64,000 bases of DNA from Octopus vulgaris (lineage: Eukaryota): positions 11,594,001 through 11,658,000 of the forward strand of contig OX597823.1 in NCBI GenBank assembly GCA_951406725.2. The letters run 5' to 3'. Position numbers and translations under genes: made by a program. The notes below the pieces were generated by a model. That model had not been told where the DNA came from. It was given only the letters and a program-made list of their open reading frames with translations, and made no database searches. Numbering within the stretch: position 1 is the first letter of the stretch; the number at the start of each line of letters is the position of its first letter. This document shows positions 12,988 through 26,000 of the stretch, piece by piece.

Positions 12988-13444
12988 TATGTTTTGGATG
13001 TATGCATACATGGTGTTAATTAACTGAGAGCTAAACATCATGTTGATGTTTAGCTTCAGGTCTTTTTAGATTTCTCTTGGCCTGCAATACCAAATAGTAT
13101 CCTTCTCTTTTGTTTTTTCCTTCAATGCAGTAAGATGTAATTTGAGGAAGATTTGGCTGCTGGTACTGTTTTTACAACTTGGGCAACCATGTTAAGAGGA
13201 TCCATCATAGTACGTGTGTGTTACATGCCTGTCAGTTTCCTGCATTGTGTCTCAGTTTAGATTTCCTCATGTCTGTCCATTTAATGCTTGTATCCACATT
13301 TTTCTTGTGGCTCTTATGTACCATGCCTTCTTCATATATTTTATTCCAAAATTTAAAAAAAAAATCCATTATTTCTACTTGATGAAAGCTTAAAAGGAAT
13401 TAACGATCATGGATTATTAGTGGAAAAAGAAAATGTGACATCTC

Positions 13445-13812
13445 TCTTTTACTCTTTACACTTTTCAGTCATTTGACTGCGGCCATGCTGGAGCACCGCC
13501 TTCAGTCGAGCAAATCGACCCCAGGACTTATTCTTTGTAAGCCCAGTACTTATTCTATCGGTCTCTTTTGCCGAACCGCTAAGTGACGGGGACGTAAACA
13601 CACCAGCATCGGCTGTCAAACACAGACACACAAACACACACACACATATATATATACATATATACGACGGGCTTCTTTCAGTTTCCGTCTACCAAATCCA
13701 CTCACAAGGCATTGGTCAGCCCGAGGCTATAGCAGAAGACACTTGCCCAAGATGCCACGCAGTGGGACTGAACCCGGAACCATGTGGTTGGTTAGCAAGC
13801 CACTCCTGCACC
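13445..13812 (-). mobile_element. SINE family A
   Basis: Reverse complement of family A with small deletions. Confidence 0.9.
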
Positions 13813-14640
13813 TATGTTAGAATCAAAATTAAATAACATTGTTACTTGACTGTTTCTTATTTTATTGATACCAGAAGGCTTGATGGCAAAATATGCTGTA
13901 GTAGGAAGGATTTGAGCTCTGAATGTAAAAGGATGAAAGCAAATCTGCTATGCATTTTGTTCTCTTCTGTACCTATATCCTGAACTTTGTTCATTGGTTG
14001 TAAGCTACTCCTTGGCTCATTCATGATCAACCAACTCCACAGTTATGGTTGCTTGACCTGTAAGAATAATAAAGAATGCTTCCTGAAGTCCTGCTCTATT
14101 ATCTTATAAACGGAAGGGCACTTTGGACAACTGTAGTACTTGATAGTTTAACTAAAGAAAAATTGGTGATTGACAGAAATATTGTCTGCTCGATCAGGGC
14201 TGACCAGGGTTAAACAGCTGTATATTTTAAAGTAACCTTGGATCATTGCAGTTACACAATTTATTTTTCAACTTTTGTTTACAGTTTCAGTTATTGTTTA
14301 GCCTCAAGTTGGTTGTAATTAAGCAGACCCTATGATCAAAAGCACTCGAGCAATAGCCATTCCGCCTTATTTTCGGAATGTACACAATGCAATAATACCA
14401 TCCGCCTATCAATTTTTCAAGGCATTAGGTATGGCCTGAAGGAAATTTGGCTGTTGTTTCTTACAGGCATATCATCATCTTCATAGAAGGTTTTTTTTTT
14501 TTATTGGCATGTTTTAGTTTCTTTTTACTGAAGTAACAATGTTTTTTTTTTTTTAAATTAGACAGTTATTTCATCCATCACATTTTTTGAATGACTTAGT
14601 TCATTTACAGTGTGTGATTTCAAATTTATTATGCAGTATA

Positions 14641-14677
<37 letters not shown>

Positions 14678-14939
14678 GTAGTTATGTTTCTGTGTATTCT
14701 TCAGGATTCCAATTTTTACTGTGTTCGGAAACATTTTAAACGACTCAATGAGTTTTGCTTCTAGATTTGTATGGAGTCAAACAGTTGGTTCTGTTTAATA
14801 ACATATTAACATGTATGAGGGATATTTTATAGAGATGAGGGCTATATTATGTTAAAGGAGGTACCCATTGAAATGCTGCTGTGTGTATGTACATCTATGC
14901 CTGTGCGTATGTATGTATCTATCTATCTATGTATCTATT

Positions 14940-14997
<58 letters not shown>

Positions 14998-15003
14998 GAT
15001 ATT

Positions 15004-15285
15004 TGTGGAGGCGCAATGGCCCCGGACTCGCGGTCGTAGGATCGCGGTTTCGATTCCCAGACCGGGCGTTGTGAGTGTTTATTGAGCGAAAACACCTAAA
15101 AGCTCCAAGAGGCTCCGGCAGGGGATGGTGGCGAACCCTGCTGTACTCTTTCACCACCCTTTCTTCTGTTGGCCTGCTCGCTTAGCCAGCGAGGTGGCGT
15201 CATTCATTCAAAGGCTAAAACATTGCGAAAGGCATTGTGACCAGCGATGTGTAACTACATCTGATGGACTGGTCGGTCACATGAT
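15004..15285 (+). mobile_element. tRNA-derived SINE family F, tail type 2, A-box region deleted
   Basis: Head identical to the 46287 copy except for a ~14-nt loss covering AGTGGTTAGG; the 3' half matches the 23333 copy instead. Confidence 0.85.
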
Positions 15286-16003
15286 ATATATATATATATA
15301 TATATACATAGATATTTACAGACATATGTATGCATAGTGTAAGGTATTTATATTTTCAGGTTGCAATATATATATATATGTTTATATGGAAATCTTTTAT
15401 GGTGGCAGAAGGTTGTATAGATGTAGTGTACTTTTTTTTATAAAATAAAAATAACTAGATTATGTCATCTTCGGTATGTTTTTTTTTGTTTTTAACAGAT
15501 TACAACAACTGCTACTACTGCTGCTTCTAGGTTTTTTGTTTCTTATAGATTGTTTCAGCTGCTTGCTTGCTTAATTACATTTTTCTTTTTTTTTTTCTTT
15601 TTCTTTTTTTGTTTTTTTTTGTTTGTCATATATGGGGTCAAGGGATTAAAAAAAAAAAAAAAAATCAATTGAAGTTAATTACAGAAACAATAGAGGGTGC
15701 CTGAGTATTTTAATGATTTTGTCTTCAAACCAAGAATTAGCTGCCACAGCAACTTTTATGATGCTGCACACTTGAAATTACTAACTCCAAGGGAAATCAA
15801 TGGAAACAAGTATCCTCTTCCCCCCATCATTTCTCCCCCTGTTATAACAGATGGTTATTAAGATTTCCCAGGAACAATAGACCTATATTATTAGTCGTTC
15901 TCTCTCTCTCTCTCTAATTCTCTTTGTTGTTTCCTCTGTCTGTTTACTCTCTCTTTCCCTCTCTCTCTCTCTCTCTGTTCTCTTTCTCTCTCTCTCTCTC
16001 TCT

Positions 16004-16064
<61 letters not shown>

Positions 16065-16182
16065 ATCCAATGCTGTAATGTAATGAGCACAATATTTAAC
16101 ATTCCTGTAGTTTACATAATTAATTATTTAAGCAATTTTAGGCTTCAAAACAGCTAATGCTTATAGATAGATAGATAGATAT

Positions 16183-16408
16183 ATTTCTTTCTTTATTGCC
16201 CACAAGGGGCTAAACATAAAGGGGACAGACATAGGGATTAAGTCGATTACATCGACTCCAGTGCGTAACTGGTACTTAATTTATTGACCCCGAAAGGATG
16301 AAAGGCAAAGTCGACCTCGGCGGAATTTGAACTCACAACGTAACGGCAGACGAAATACGGCTACGCATTTCGCCCGGCGTGCTAACGTTTCTGCCAGCTC
16401 GCCACCTT
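16183..16408 (-). mobile_element. SINE family B (~225 bp) inserted in (TAGA)n
   Basis: Reverse complement of 48745-48974; B-box-like GAGTTCAAATTCC, core GCCTTTCATCCTTTCGGGGTC. Confidence 0.85.
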
Positions 16409-16695
16409 AGATAGATAGATCGATAGATAGATAGATAGATAGATGAGGATGAGGATAATTTAAAACACTTATGCAAAATAAATTCTCTACAACCCAATCT
16501 TTTGTTGCACACTCGTTAAGTTAATTTCTCTTCAAGTGTTTGATTTTGTTTATCATGTTAATATCATCTTTCTCTTGTTACTGGTCATCAAGTTATGTTA
16601 ACCTTACTATTCAACAGAGAGACTGCAATTTATTGTAACATATAGGTCTTATCTTGTTAGAAATAGCAGTCGAATCTCCTATCATTTAAATTTAA

Positions 16696-16916
16696 CCCTT
16701 TAGTGTTCGCATTATTCTGCCAAAATTAATCCTTTTTCATCCACATTGTTTTTAACTAATCATGCATTATCTTCTAACTATGAGATTTTGATGAGGTAGC
16801 TGTTAATTTTTAAAACGATATTGTAGGGCTGGTGTGAGAGACCAGATCTGGCCAGTTTGAACATAAAACCGGCAGAATACTTTTGGCCGGATATGGCCGG
16901 TCTAAATGCTAAAGGG
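16696..16916 (+). mobile_element. piggyBac-type MITE family D (221 bp)
   Basis: TTAA|CCCTTTAG...CTAAAGGG|TTAA: TTAA target duplication and CCC-starting TIRs. Confidence 0.9.
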
Positions 16917-17837
16917 TTAAAAAGAAAAAAAAATTGAATAATGTAGTTCTAAATACCTTTTAAAAAATTAAAAATTGTTGCAGGTAGAATGCATCTGATC
17001 ATCGGCCTGCTAGATTAGAGTTAAATTACTGCAGTTAAATAACACTGCTTCACTTGCAAGGGCTGTTAGTTTAACATAATATTCTTTCGTTCTTTTACTG
17101 GTTTTAATATTTGACTGTAGCCATGCTGGAGCACCTTATTAGAGGGTCTTTACGCAATTAGTGAGCAGTGGCTATGTTGATAACATGTTTCCAACAAATC
17201 AGTCATTGCTTTATTGCATTTACTTTGGTGAGAGTGATAAGGGAGTGTGTGAACAACACAGGCAGAACAAATACATCTCAGTATTTTAGTCTGAAATCAC
17301 CTCTTACCGTTTTCTCTCATTCATGTTTATGTCTTCTGCTGATATAACAACAAAACACACACGCACATTACACACATTTATGATGAGCTTTCACACTGTT
17401 TCCATTTATAGAATTCCACTTGCAAAGATTTTGTTGATCCAAGACACTACTTGCATAAGGTGTGCTCAGTGGAATTGAAGCCAAACCTCATAGCCTTGTC
17501 TGTACCCAATACTTGTACACTGGTGCGTATTTTGAAAGGTAAAAGTTGACCACGGGATTCTTTTTATGCGCTCCAGCCCAAAGGCTGTGGCCATACTGGG
17601 CAATCACCATTAAAATAAGCTTACTAAATAGTGAAGTTTGGTTGGGCTTGTCTGGGATATTGGATTGTTTTAAATTTTCATGCCGTCTTTGTTATTAAAA
17701 AATTGGAACTGTCATCAAAGTAACACATATAAGCCAATAAGTTTACTGCACCTGTAAGCTAAGCAATGTTTTGTATATAGCTCTAAGTTGCAGTTTCTCT
17801 AGAATGGTGAGGTTAGACTGATCCTAACGATGGTTAG

Positions 17838-17929
17838 CCAAAACTATGTCATTTTTATGAGAATTTTTGGGATGTACCCCACAACCAAAACTATGTCATT
17901 TTTATGAGAATTTTTGGGATGTACCCCAC
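17838..17929. repeat. 47-bp tandem duplication
   Basis: CCAAAACTATGTCATTTTTATGAGAATTTTTGGGATGTACCCCAC occurs twice. Confidence 0.9.
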
Positions 17930-18164
17930 TCCACCACTATGATTCATTCCACAGCAAGACTATATGTGTTTTTAATATATATATATATATATAAAAATAT
18001 AAAAATATTTTGTCATATACTGAATTGTTTATAATCCTAAGGACTATTTTATCTTTTGAATTATCATTTTATTAATCGTAACTAAGCTGGTGTTTTGATA
18101 CATGCATGGAGCAATGCAAGCATGCACAGACAGATTCATGCTTTCTTGTGTGTGTATGTGATTA

Positions 18165-18196
<32 letters not shown>

Positions 18197-18479
18197 ATAC
18201 ACACACAAACACAAACATACTCATATATATACATGTGTGTGTATATGTATATATATACATACATATACACACATATACATATATGTGTGTGTATATATAT
18301 GTACACACACACACATGAATATACACACACACACATACATATGCCCACATACTAATATATGCATATACACATACATACATATATTATTTGCAAAGTTTGG
18401 AATATTTTTTTCCTTTGTTTGCTTTTATTCTTCATTTTGTTTACTTTTCCAGTCTTGTGAGGTACCCTGGTTTTTTTCC

Positions 18480-18510
<31 letters not shown>

Positions 18511-18606
18511 GTTTCTCTTCTCTCGCTCTCTCTCTCTCTCTTTCTACTGGACCCTTCCATTTTATCATGACTTTTTCTTTTTTACCATTCATGTCACCTC
18601 CTCCAG

Positions 18607-18621
18607 CCCAGAGAAATAAAA
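18607..18621 (+). CDS. Candidate 15-nt symmetric phase-1 microexon encoding (A)QRNK
   Basis: Long pyrimidine tract ending CCTCCTCCAG, then CCCAGAGAAATAAAA, then consensus donor GTGAGT. Open and frame-preserving when joined to the FN3 exon. Confidence 0.55.
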
Positions 18622-19428
18622 GTGAGTACTTAAACTGCCATTGTTTTCTGCTTTAGACTCAGTTCTGTTCTGGGTCACTCTGTCCACTGTTACTACTACT
18701 ACTACTACTACTTATAACACCACCATCACCACCACTTCTTTTCAAGTCCACAGGTGGTCCTCCATTTCATGTCTTTATCACAGCCCTATTACTACTGCTG
18801 CTGCTGCTATTTGCTATTGACCACTGTCTTTGTGGTTCTTTTGTTCTTAAACATCTGCCTATTTGCTGTATACTGCCACCATCTTTTAATTTTCCATCTT
18901 CTCTGTTAATGTTTCTTCATATTTCATCAAACTCTCAGCACAAATGCAGCCCAGCATGACTTACAATACACCTTTTATATATATATATATCTCCATCTCC
19001 AGACAGTTTTTGTTTTCATTTTTATTAAATTCTTTTCAGTTCCACCAGGAACTAAAGCTAAAGCCAGCACCACTGATCCTTCCACACATAATAATCAGAA
19101 AGCTTTCTTCTTATTATATCTGACACATACTACAAAATGCCAGTACATATGAATTCCACAGATCTACTTATTATCACTAAATCCCATTTCTTATCTTTTG
19201 TTTTCCTAAAGCTATACTGGATATAAATGGACACAAAATGATGATGATGGATGGATATCATAATTAGATTAGTCTTCTGTAGATATACTTTGGGAAGACT
19301 TAGTTACAGATGTAGAATGAAAAGAAGTTTCACCTTTTTGATCAAAAGACCATCTTTTAAATGCTTACATTTCTATCAATTTTATAGAGAAACTTTTTAC
19401 TGAATCATGTTCCAGACACCCATGTTAT

Positions 19429-19885
19429 ATATTGGAACAGTTATTTTACTGTTGAACACATGGATAATATATTTTAGGGGTATCTTCTTAAAATATTAAG
19501 ATCTTTGATGAATATTAGAACAGTTATTTTACTAAAGTTGTTGAACACATGGATAATATATTTTAGGGGTATCTTCTTAAAATATTAAGATCTTTGATGA
19601 ATATTGGAACAGTTAGAATATTGGAACAGTTATTTTACTAAAGTTGTTGAACACATGGATAATATATTTTAGGGGTATCTTCTTAAAATATTAAGATCTT
19701 TGATGAATATTAGAACAGTTATTTTACTAAAGTTGTTGAACACATGGATAATATATTTTAGGGGTATCTTCTTAAAATATTAAGATCTTTGATGAATATT
19801 AGAACAGTTATTTTACTAAAGTTGTTGAACACATGGATAATATATTTTAGGGGTATCTTCTTAAAATATTAAGATCTTTGATGAA
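19429..19885. repeat. Tandem repeat, 89 bp x 5
   Basis: Units start near 19429, 19511, 19617, 19706 and 19795, with one short partial unit at 19600. Confidence 0.95.
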
Positions 19886-20566
19886 GTATTGTTGATGTAA
19901 GACTTAGGATTAAAACTGCAGGATTAAGTTTCTATTTATTTGTTCAAAATATCTTTTCCTTCAACAAAAAGGTTCACATTGTGATCATTGTTATTACAAT
20001 CTTCACATTGTGTGAGTTGATGCCTTCTAGATTTCCCTATTTCTTTAAGGTAATCATTATGTCACAGCAGACATCATAGTATCACCTTCCAAGCCAGATT
20101 GTGTTTGGCCAAAGGTTTTATTTCTACTGAATAGTTACTGTGAAGTAGCTATTTCATTAAGAAATGTAAATGCTGTTTACAATATTAGGCAGTTCTCAAA
20201 AGAGAAAAAAAAATTCTTCTTTTCCTCTGTCCATGATTCAGTCACCTTACTGTTCATAATGATGGTTGTCATTTGCTTGCAGTTTCCCGTAAATATATGA
20301 AGTGTGACACAATCTTTGTTAGCAAAAGGCTTATTCAAAGAGTGTTGTTTGTTTCCAGTTATCCACATAACTGCATCCAAGCAGTGTGTTGTTTGATAGA
20401 CTGGGAGATTACCATACTTGGAAACAAGTGAAGCTTTGTACCAAGGAAGTCATCCAGCTATCTGCTTCAACCTACTCTCATCTGAAACATGTAAAGCAGA
20501 TGTTAAAACTTATGATCGTGTATGTGTGTGTAATAAAGTATATGAATAAATAAATATAGATAGATA

Positions 20567-20970
20567 GACGCAGGAGTGGCTGTGTGGTTAGTAGCTTGCT
20601 AACCAACCACATGGTTCCAGGTTCAGTCCCACTGCGTGGCATCTTGGGCAAGTGTCTTCTGCTATAGCCCCAGGCCGACCAATGCCTTGTGAGTGGATTT
20701 GGTAGACGGAAACTGAAAGAAGCCTGTCGTATATATGTATATATATATATATATATATGTGTGTATGTGTGTTTGTCCCCCTAGCCTTGCTTGACAACCG
20801 ATGCTGGTGTGTTTACGTCCCTGTCACTTAGCGGTTCAGCAAAAAGAGGCCGATAGAATAAGTACTGGGCTTACAAAGAATAAATCCCGGGGTCGATTTG
20901 CTCGACTAAAGGCGGTGCTCCAGCATGGCCGCTGTCAAATGACTGAAACAAGTAAAAGAGTAAAGAGAGA
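20567..20970 (+). mobile_element. SINE family A, full length
   Basis: GCAGGAGTGGCTGTGTGGT head through AAGTAAAAGAGTAAAGAG tail. Confidence 0.9.
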
Positions 20971-21141
20971 TATGAGGTCAGCTTCAACTTTCATCCTTCC
21001 AGAGTTAATAAACGAAGTACTAGATCAGGTCAGTGTTTTGGGCTAATTGTCATAGAGCAGCAGATGAAGAATTTTGCTGTATCTGTTCCAGCTCTTGGCA
21101 TTGTGGGTTCAAATTCTACCTAGACATTCAAATACCTTTAA

Positions 21142-21363
21142 CGCTTTTGATACCAACCTGGCCAAAACCGGCTCTGGCTCTGTAGTACGAATGTCTTACT
21201 TTCATAAGTATTGAATTAAAATCTTCCACCAAACCTTAGTCACAGTTTATGTTCCCAACACTAGCTTAATGATAACCAAGTTCTTTTATTAAAGTCTTTG
21301 TTATATTTAAAATTAATTGAATGAAACACAGAGCATCTCAAAATAAATACGGTAACGAAAGGG
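21142..21363 (-). mobile_element. piggyBac-type MITE family E
   Basis: TTAA|CGCTTTTG...CGAAAGGG|TTAA; reverse complement of the 37873 and 41045 copies. Confidence 0.85.
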
Positions 21364-22013
21364 TTAATGACCATTCTCTTCCTGAGAGATGTCATGCTAG
21401 GCTGCAGCCTCAGCATCTCTTTACAATTGAGCATGCTTCCCATCAGCTCAGAGTAGCTGTACCGTGGTTACAGGGACTTCCAAACTTGCTTGTGATTGGG
21501 CACTGTGTTTCAGAAACCTTGGAAGCATCTTTGACAGCAAGCAAAGTATTACTGATGCATATAAGTCATGTCTCCACTAACTGGGGATTTAAATCTATTA
21601 CTCTTGATTAGGTGCAATGTATTTTTTCCCCTTTACAAATTTTAGTTTTAAAACCTGGAGTTGTTTTAATCCCTCCTAGGCTGTGGTACAGTGAGTCATA
21701 GGGACCAGATTAGTATTGTTAATGTTTAAGATGGGGTTGTAGAATTTAAGTGATTGAAGGAAGTGCATGGGTATTGTTAATCTGAGAGAAATCCAAGGTT
21801 CAGTTTAGATGCTATGGACTACTCATGTTCCGCATTGATAACTCTCAGTCCAAGGGAGAATTCCCAGGAAGCTTTGATAAGATCACTCCTCACAGCAATT
21901 TGAATTTATTGATTTCTATGAACTGTTCTGAAAGAAAGGTGATAATGGCAGTAGAGGTGATGATAACATTAGTTAGTTGAATGGTATAATGTGTGTGTGT
22001 GTGTTTGTGTGTA

Positions 22014-22057
<44 letters not shown>

Positions 22058-22454
22058 AACTTACTTGGAGGAAACGAAACGAAACGATGCGAGGGCGCTC
22101 AGTCATACAATAGTGTAATAAATAAAATATATGCATACATACATACATATATGTACGTACCTACATCTACATGTATATATACATGCATATATAAATATAT
22201 ATACGTGAGTACAGGACACCACATAGTTTGCCAATTTCAGGAAAGCAGAGACTGTAGAAATGGTTCAGGGGATAGAATTATGTCATGTCCTTATGTTTTC
22301 TCTCTAAGTACTAATTATTTTCTCCTGAAATATGTAGTAGAATATGAGTACCATCTTGCATTCAACTGTTTGCTTATGGCTGTGCTGGGCTAGTAACTCC
22401 ACCCTTTTTTGTGTAGCTCTATGTTTATACCATTTGTTTTCTCAGAAAAAAAGG

Positions 22455-22840
22455 CATAGAAGGTATGGCAGTGTGGTAAGAAATTTGCTTGCCAACCACT
22501 TGATTCTAGGCTCAATTCAACTGTGTGCCACCTTGGGCAAGTGTTTTTTTTACTATAGCCTTGGGCTAGCCAAAGTCTTGTGAGTGGATTTGGCAGATGG
22601 AAACTGAAAGAAGCCCTTTGTATGTATATGTGTTTGTTTCCCCCTCCCTACTAATGCTTGACAACCGGTGTTGGTGTGTTTATGTCCCCATAGCAGTAGT
22701 TTAGCAAAAGAGACTGATAGAATAAGTACTAGGCTTTAAGAAAAGAAATAAGTACCGAGGTAAATTCATTCGACTGAGAACAGTGCCCCTGCATGGCCAC
22801 AGTCTAATGACTGAAATAAGGAAAAGATAAAGGAAGAGAT
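22455..22840 (+). mobile_element. SINE family A, older subfamily
   Basis: Colinear but diverged head, core and tail. Confidence 0.75.
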
Positions 22841-23332
22841 AAAGACAACAGTATGATGAGAGGAAAGAAGAAGGTGATGATAATAATAATAATAATAAAT
22901 AATAATAACAATAATAATGAAGGGTGGGGGGAGAAATATTAATAACAGAGAAATAACAATTTCTAAGCCTATGTTTTGTCTGTAAAGATTATTTAAAATA
23001 TAAGATGACTGTTCTGATCAGTGATTGGTTTGTTCATAAATTGGATGTTAGATGATACCTTAGCCATATTATACCTTAAGAATTATATCTTTAGCAGAAG
23101 ATTAAACCATAAACCTGTTTGTATCCAAATTCGGTTTGTTGTTTTGCACCTATCTACTGTTTTAGTTATGGAGAATCCTCTTCAGCTAAATGATAGCTGA
23201 CCACGGCTCTTCTATATCTTGATGGTCTGTACTATTTACTTTCAAATAAGGCAGTCATTTTGTCCTATGTGTCAAAAGTTAATTTATTTCTACATGAATA
23301 TTGGCTAATTGATTTAGACTATATCTGCAAAA

Positions 23333-23594
23333 TGTGAAGGCACGCGGCCTAGTGGTTAGGCTGTCGCTCTCATGATTGCTAGATCATGGGTTCGATTCCC
23401 AGACTGGGCAGCGTGTTGTGTTCTTGAGCAAAATACTTTATTTCACATTGCTTTAGTCCTCCTTTTGATCAAGTGGGGAATGTTGACCTGCTCGCACAGC
23501 CAGCGGAGTGGTGTCATTCAAAGGCTAAAATGCAGCAAAAGCATTGTAACCAGCGATGTGTAACAACATCTGATAGTCTGGTTGATCACGTAAC
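23333..23594 (+). mobile_element. tRNA-derived SINE family F-related, tail type 2, older copy
   Basis: A box GGCCTAGTGGTTAGG, B box GGTTCGATTCC; 3' half shared with the 15004 copy. Confidence 0.8.
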
Positions 23595-25781
23595 ACCTAC
23601 AAAATAATTTCTTCTCTCCCACCCCACACACACACACACATCAATTAGCTGAAATAGAAAACTTCAAATCCACAGTCAGTGCCTATGGCTCTTAGCTTAC
23701 TGTCAATTCTCTAAGCTATTGTTATTTTCAGTATTTGAAACTGTGTCTTCTGCTTATATATATTTGTTGTGTTCTTTATGCTCTTTTGTATATACAAATG
23801 CTTAACTATTTGCTCTTGTACTTATTCTGTGTTATAGTTTGCTTACTTTAGGGTGTTATTAATCAGAAACATTGCTGACATCCTTTTTCAGAATTTCATA
23901 TATTTTTAACAAATGTCTATTGGAATTTATTATGTTAATGAACTAGGGGGGAAAAAAAGGAAAGAAAATAGATTGTTGTAATTTCACTTCTTTCTAATTA
24001 CTACCTGTGGTTGTTTAATAATCTTAAGATGAAAGTTTCAACTAATTCAGTGAATATAGGTGTTGATATAACTTATTGTGTCAGTGTTCCACTATTGGAC
24101 TGGAAACACTCCTGTTATTTAATTGAATAGTTTTGATAGTCATCTCACTCATTGTGGGATTTTACCAATTTTTAACCTTTCTGTGACCCTATTTCTTATA
24201 AAATACCTGTCTGTGTATTTTGATTAATTTTTTTAAATAATTAAAAATTTGAAGGGATAACTAACTTTTTCCTTAATAAGCTGACATTTGAAACAACTTA
24301 AAGGGTTCTTAAATAAAGTCATGAGGAAAGCTTTCATTTTCTTATGAGAAAATCTCATAGAACCAGAGGCAGTCTTGAGGAAATTATTATAAGAGTTAAT
24401 ATTATCTATATTTTTTAATGTGAAGCATAGACAAAAAGAAGCTTTTTTTTCAAAAAATTTCCCCCCTTCTTTGTATCTTCGGTGTTTTGATTTTAATGAC
24501 TTTGGTATGATTTTGTCAGTAATACAACCAATTTAGGAGCAGTAGTCTTGCTTACACTGAATTTAATTTATGAAACCACCAAATGCTATTTAAGTGTGTT
24601 TGGCTGTACAAGTTTCCTCTGTTATTCAACAGTGTTGTCCATGTTACTGGGTTTTCTGATAACAAATAATGAACTCCTAATTTTAAACTCTTTACTAAAC
24701 ATTAGTCTCTTCTGAGACATTTTATATCCAATTTCAACTCATTGAGCTTCTGTTACTGAACAAAATCACCCTCAGATTCCACCTCCGTTGCCTTAAAAAG
24801 TGGGGCAAAGACATTAGAAAAAATTATCCCAGATCCCTAAAGAAGGCAGGGATGTTATAACTGGCTTACTTTCGATCACAAGTTTGCTCAGTCTGGCCAG
24901 TTTGGAGGTTAACCAATAGTGACATGCAGATAGGAATTATTTTGACATCTTTTGAGTCAATCCAGTACTAGTTTCTAACATATTTTTCATACTAATAATA
25001 ATGAGGCTTTCTAAGATTGGCACAAAACCATACGATTTTGAGGAGAGTACAGTCTTTTATATCACACACACACATCACCAGGTCTTCAATTGTACTTGTA
25101 ATTGACCTTGGAAGGATGAAAGTCAATCACCTTAGTAGGATTTGGATTGAAAATGTATTTGATGAAAGGACAACTTATTATTACAAGGCATTTTGTTTAG
25201 CCACTAATTCTACCATACACATTTCTTAGTAAACCCTCTCCAATTACTGTTGCTGTCATAATAAGAACTCATGTTGTAGAATCTGTTTTGGTTATTTTAC
25301 ATTTTCCAACTTCAAAACATTGTGTAGTTTTACTGGTCATAGTATAAGTATGAAGGGAATAGTTCTAAGTGCCAGTAAAATACTGAGGTTCTGTGTGATA
25401 TAAGGAAACACAAGTTTATGTGGTCATGGTTACAAGTTTACTGGCTCTGAGCCACTACTCTACACTTTTGCTATGTTACACATATTACCTGAAGTTAACT
25501 TTGGTCATAAGATATGTAGTTTACAGCTAAATATGCAAATTATCTTAAGGTACCTTTGACCATTTCTGCTAGATATACAAATTACCTTGAAGTTACTACA
25601 GAAAACCTCTTTGAAAGTTACTATTAGATTATCACTAGTCATTCCTATTAGATATAGAGATTATTGCTTGATTACTCCTGATCATCCCTGATGAGTATGC
25701 TGGTTAACTGTACATAATCATTGAACAAGAAATACAAATTACAGGAAAGTTGGCACTGTCATGGATACATGGGTTACTTAA

Positions 25782-26000
25782 CCCTTTAGTGTTCAGATTA
25801 TTCTATCAAACATAATGCTTATTGATTCCCACTGATTTGAATTAATCATGCATTATCTCATATCTTCAAGATCTTGATGGTGTAATTACTTAATGTAGAA
25901 TAACATTGTAGGGTAGGTGTGAGAGCCTGGATCTGGTCAGTTTGAACATAAAACAGATTAGCTATTTTGGCCAGATATGGCCAGTTTAAATACTAAAGGG
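25782..26000 (+). mobile_element. piggyBac-type MITE family D (219-bp subfamily)
   Basis: TTAA|CCCTTTAG...CTAAAGGG|TTAA. Confidence 0.9.

Noticed and set aside
15459-15473. 15-nt microexon ATTATGTCATCTTCG|GTATGT
   Set aside because: It is frame-compatible with a good donor, but the acceptor has an A-rich rather than pyrimidine tract.
18453-18461. 9-nt microexon TTCCAG|TCTTGTGAG|GTACCC
   Set aside because: It contains an in-frame TGA in phase 1 and the donor is weak.
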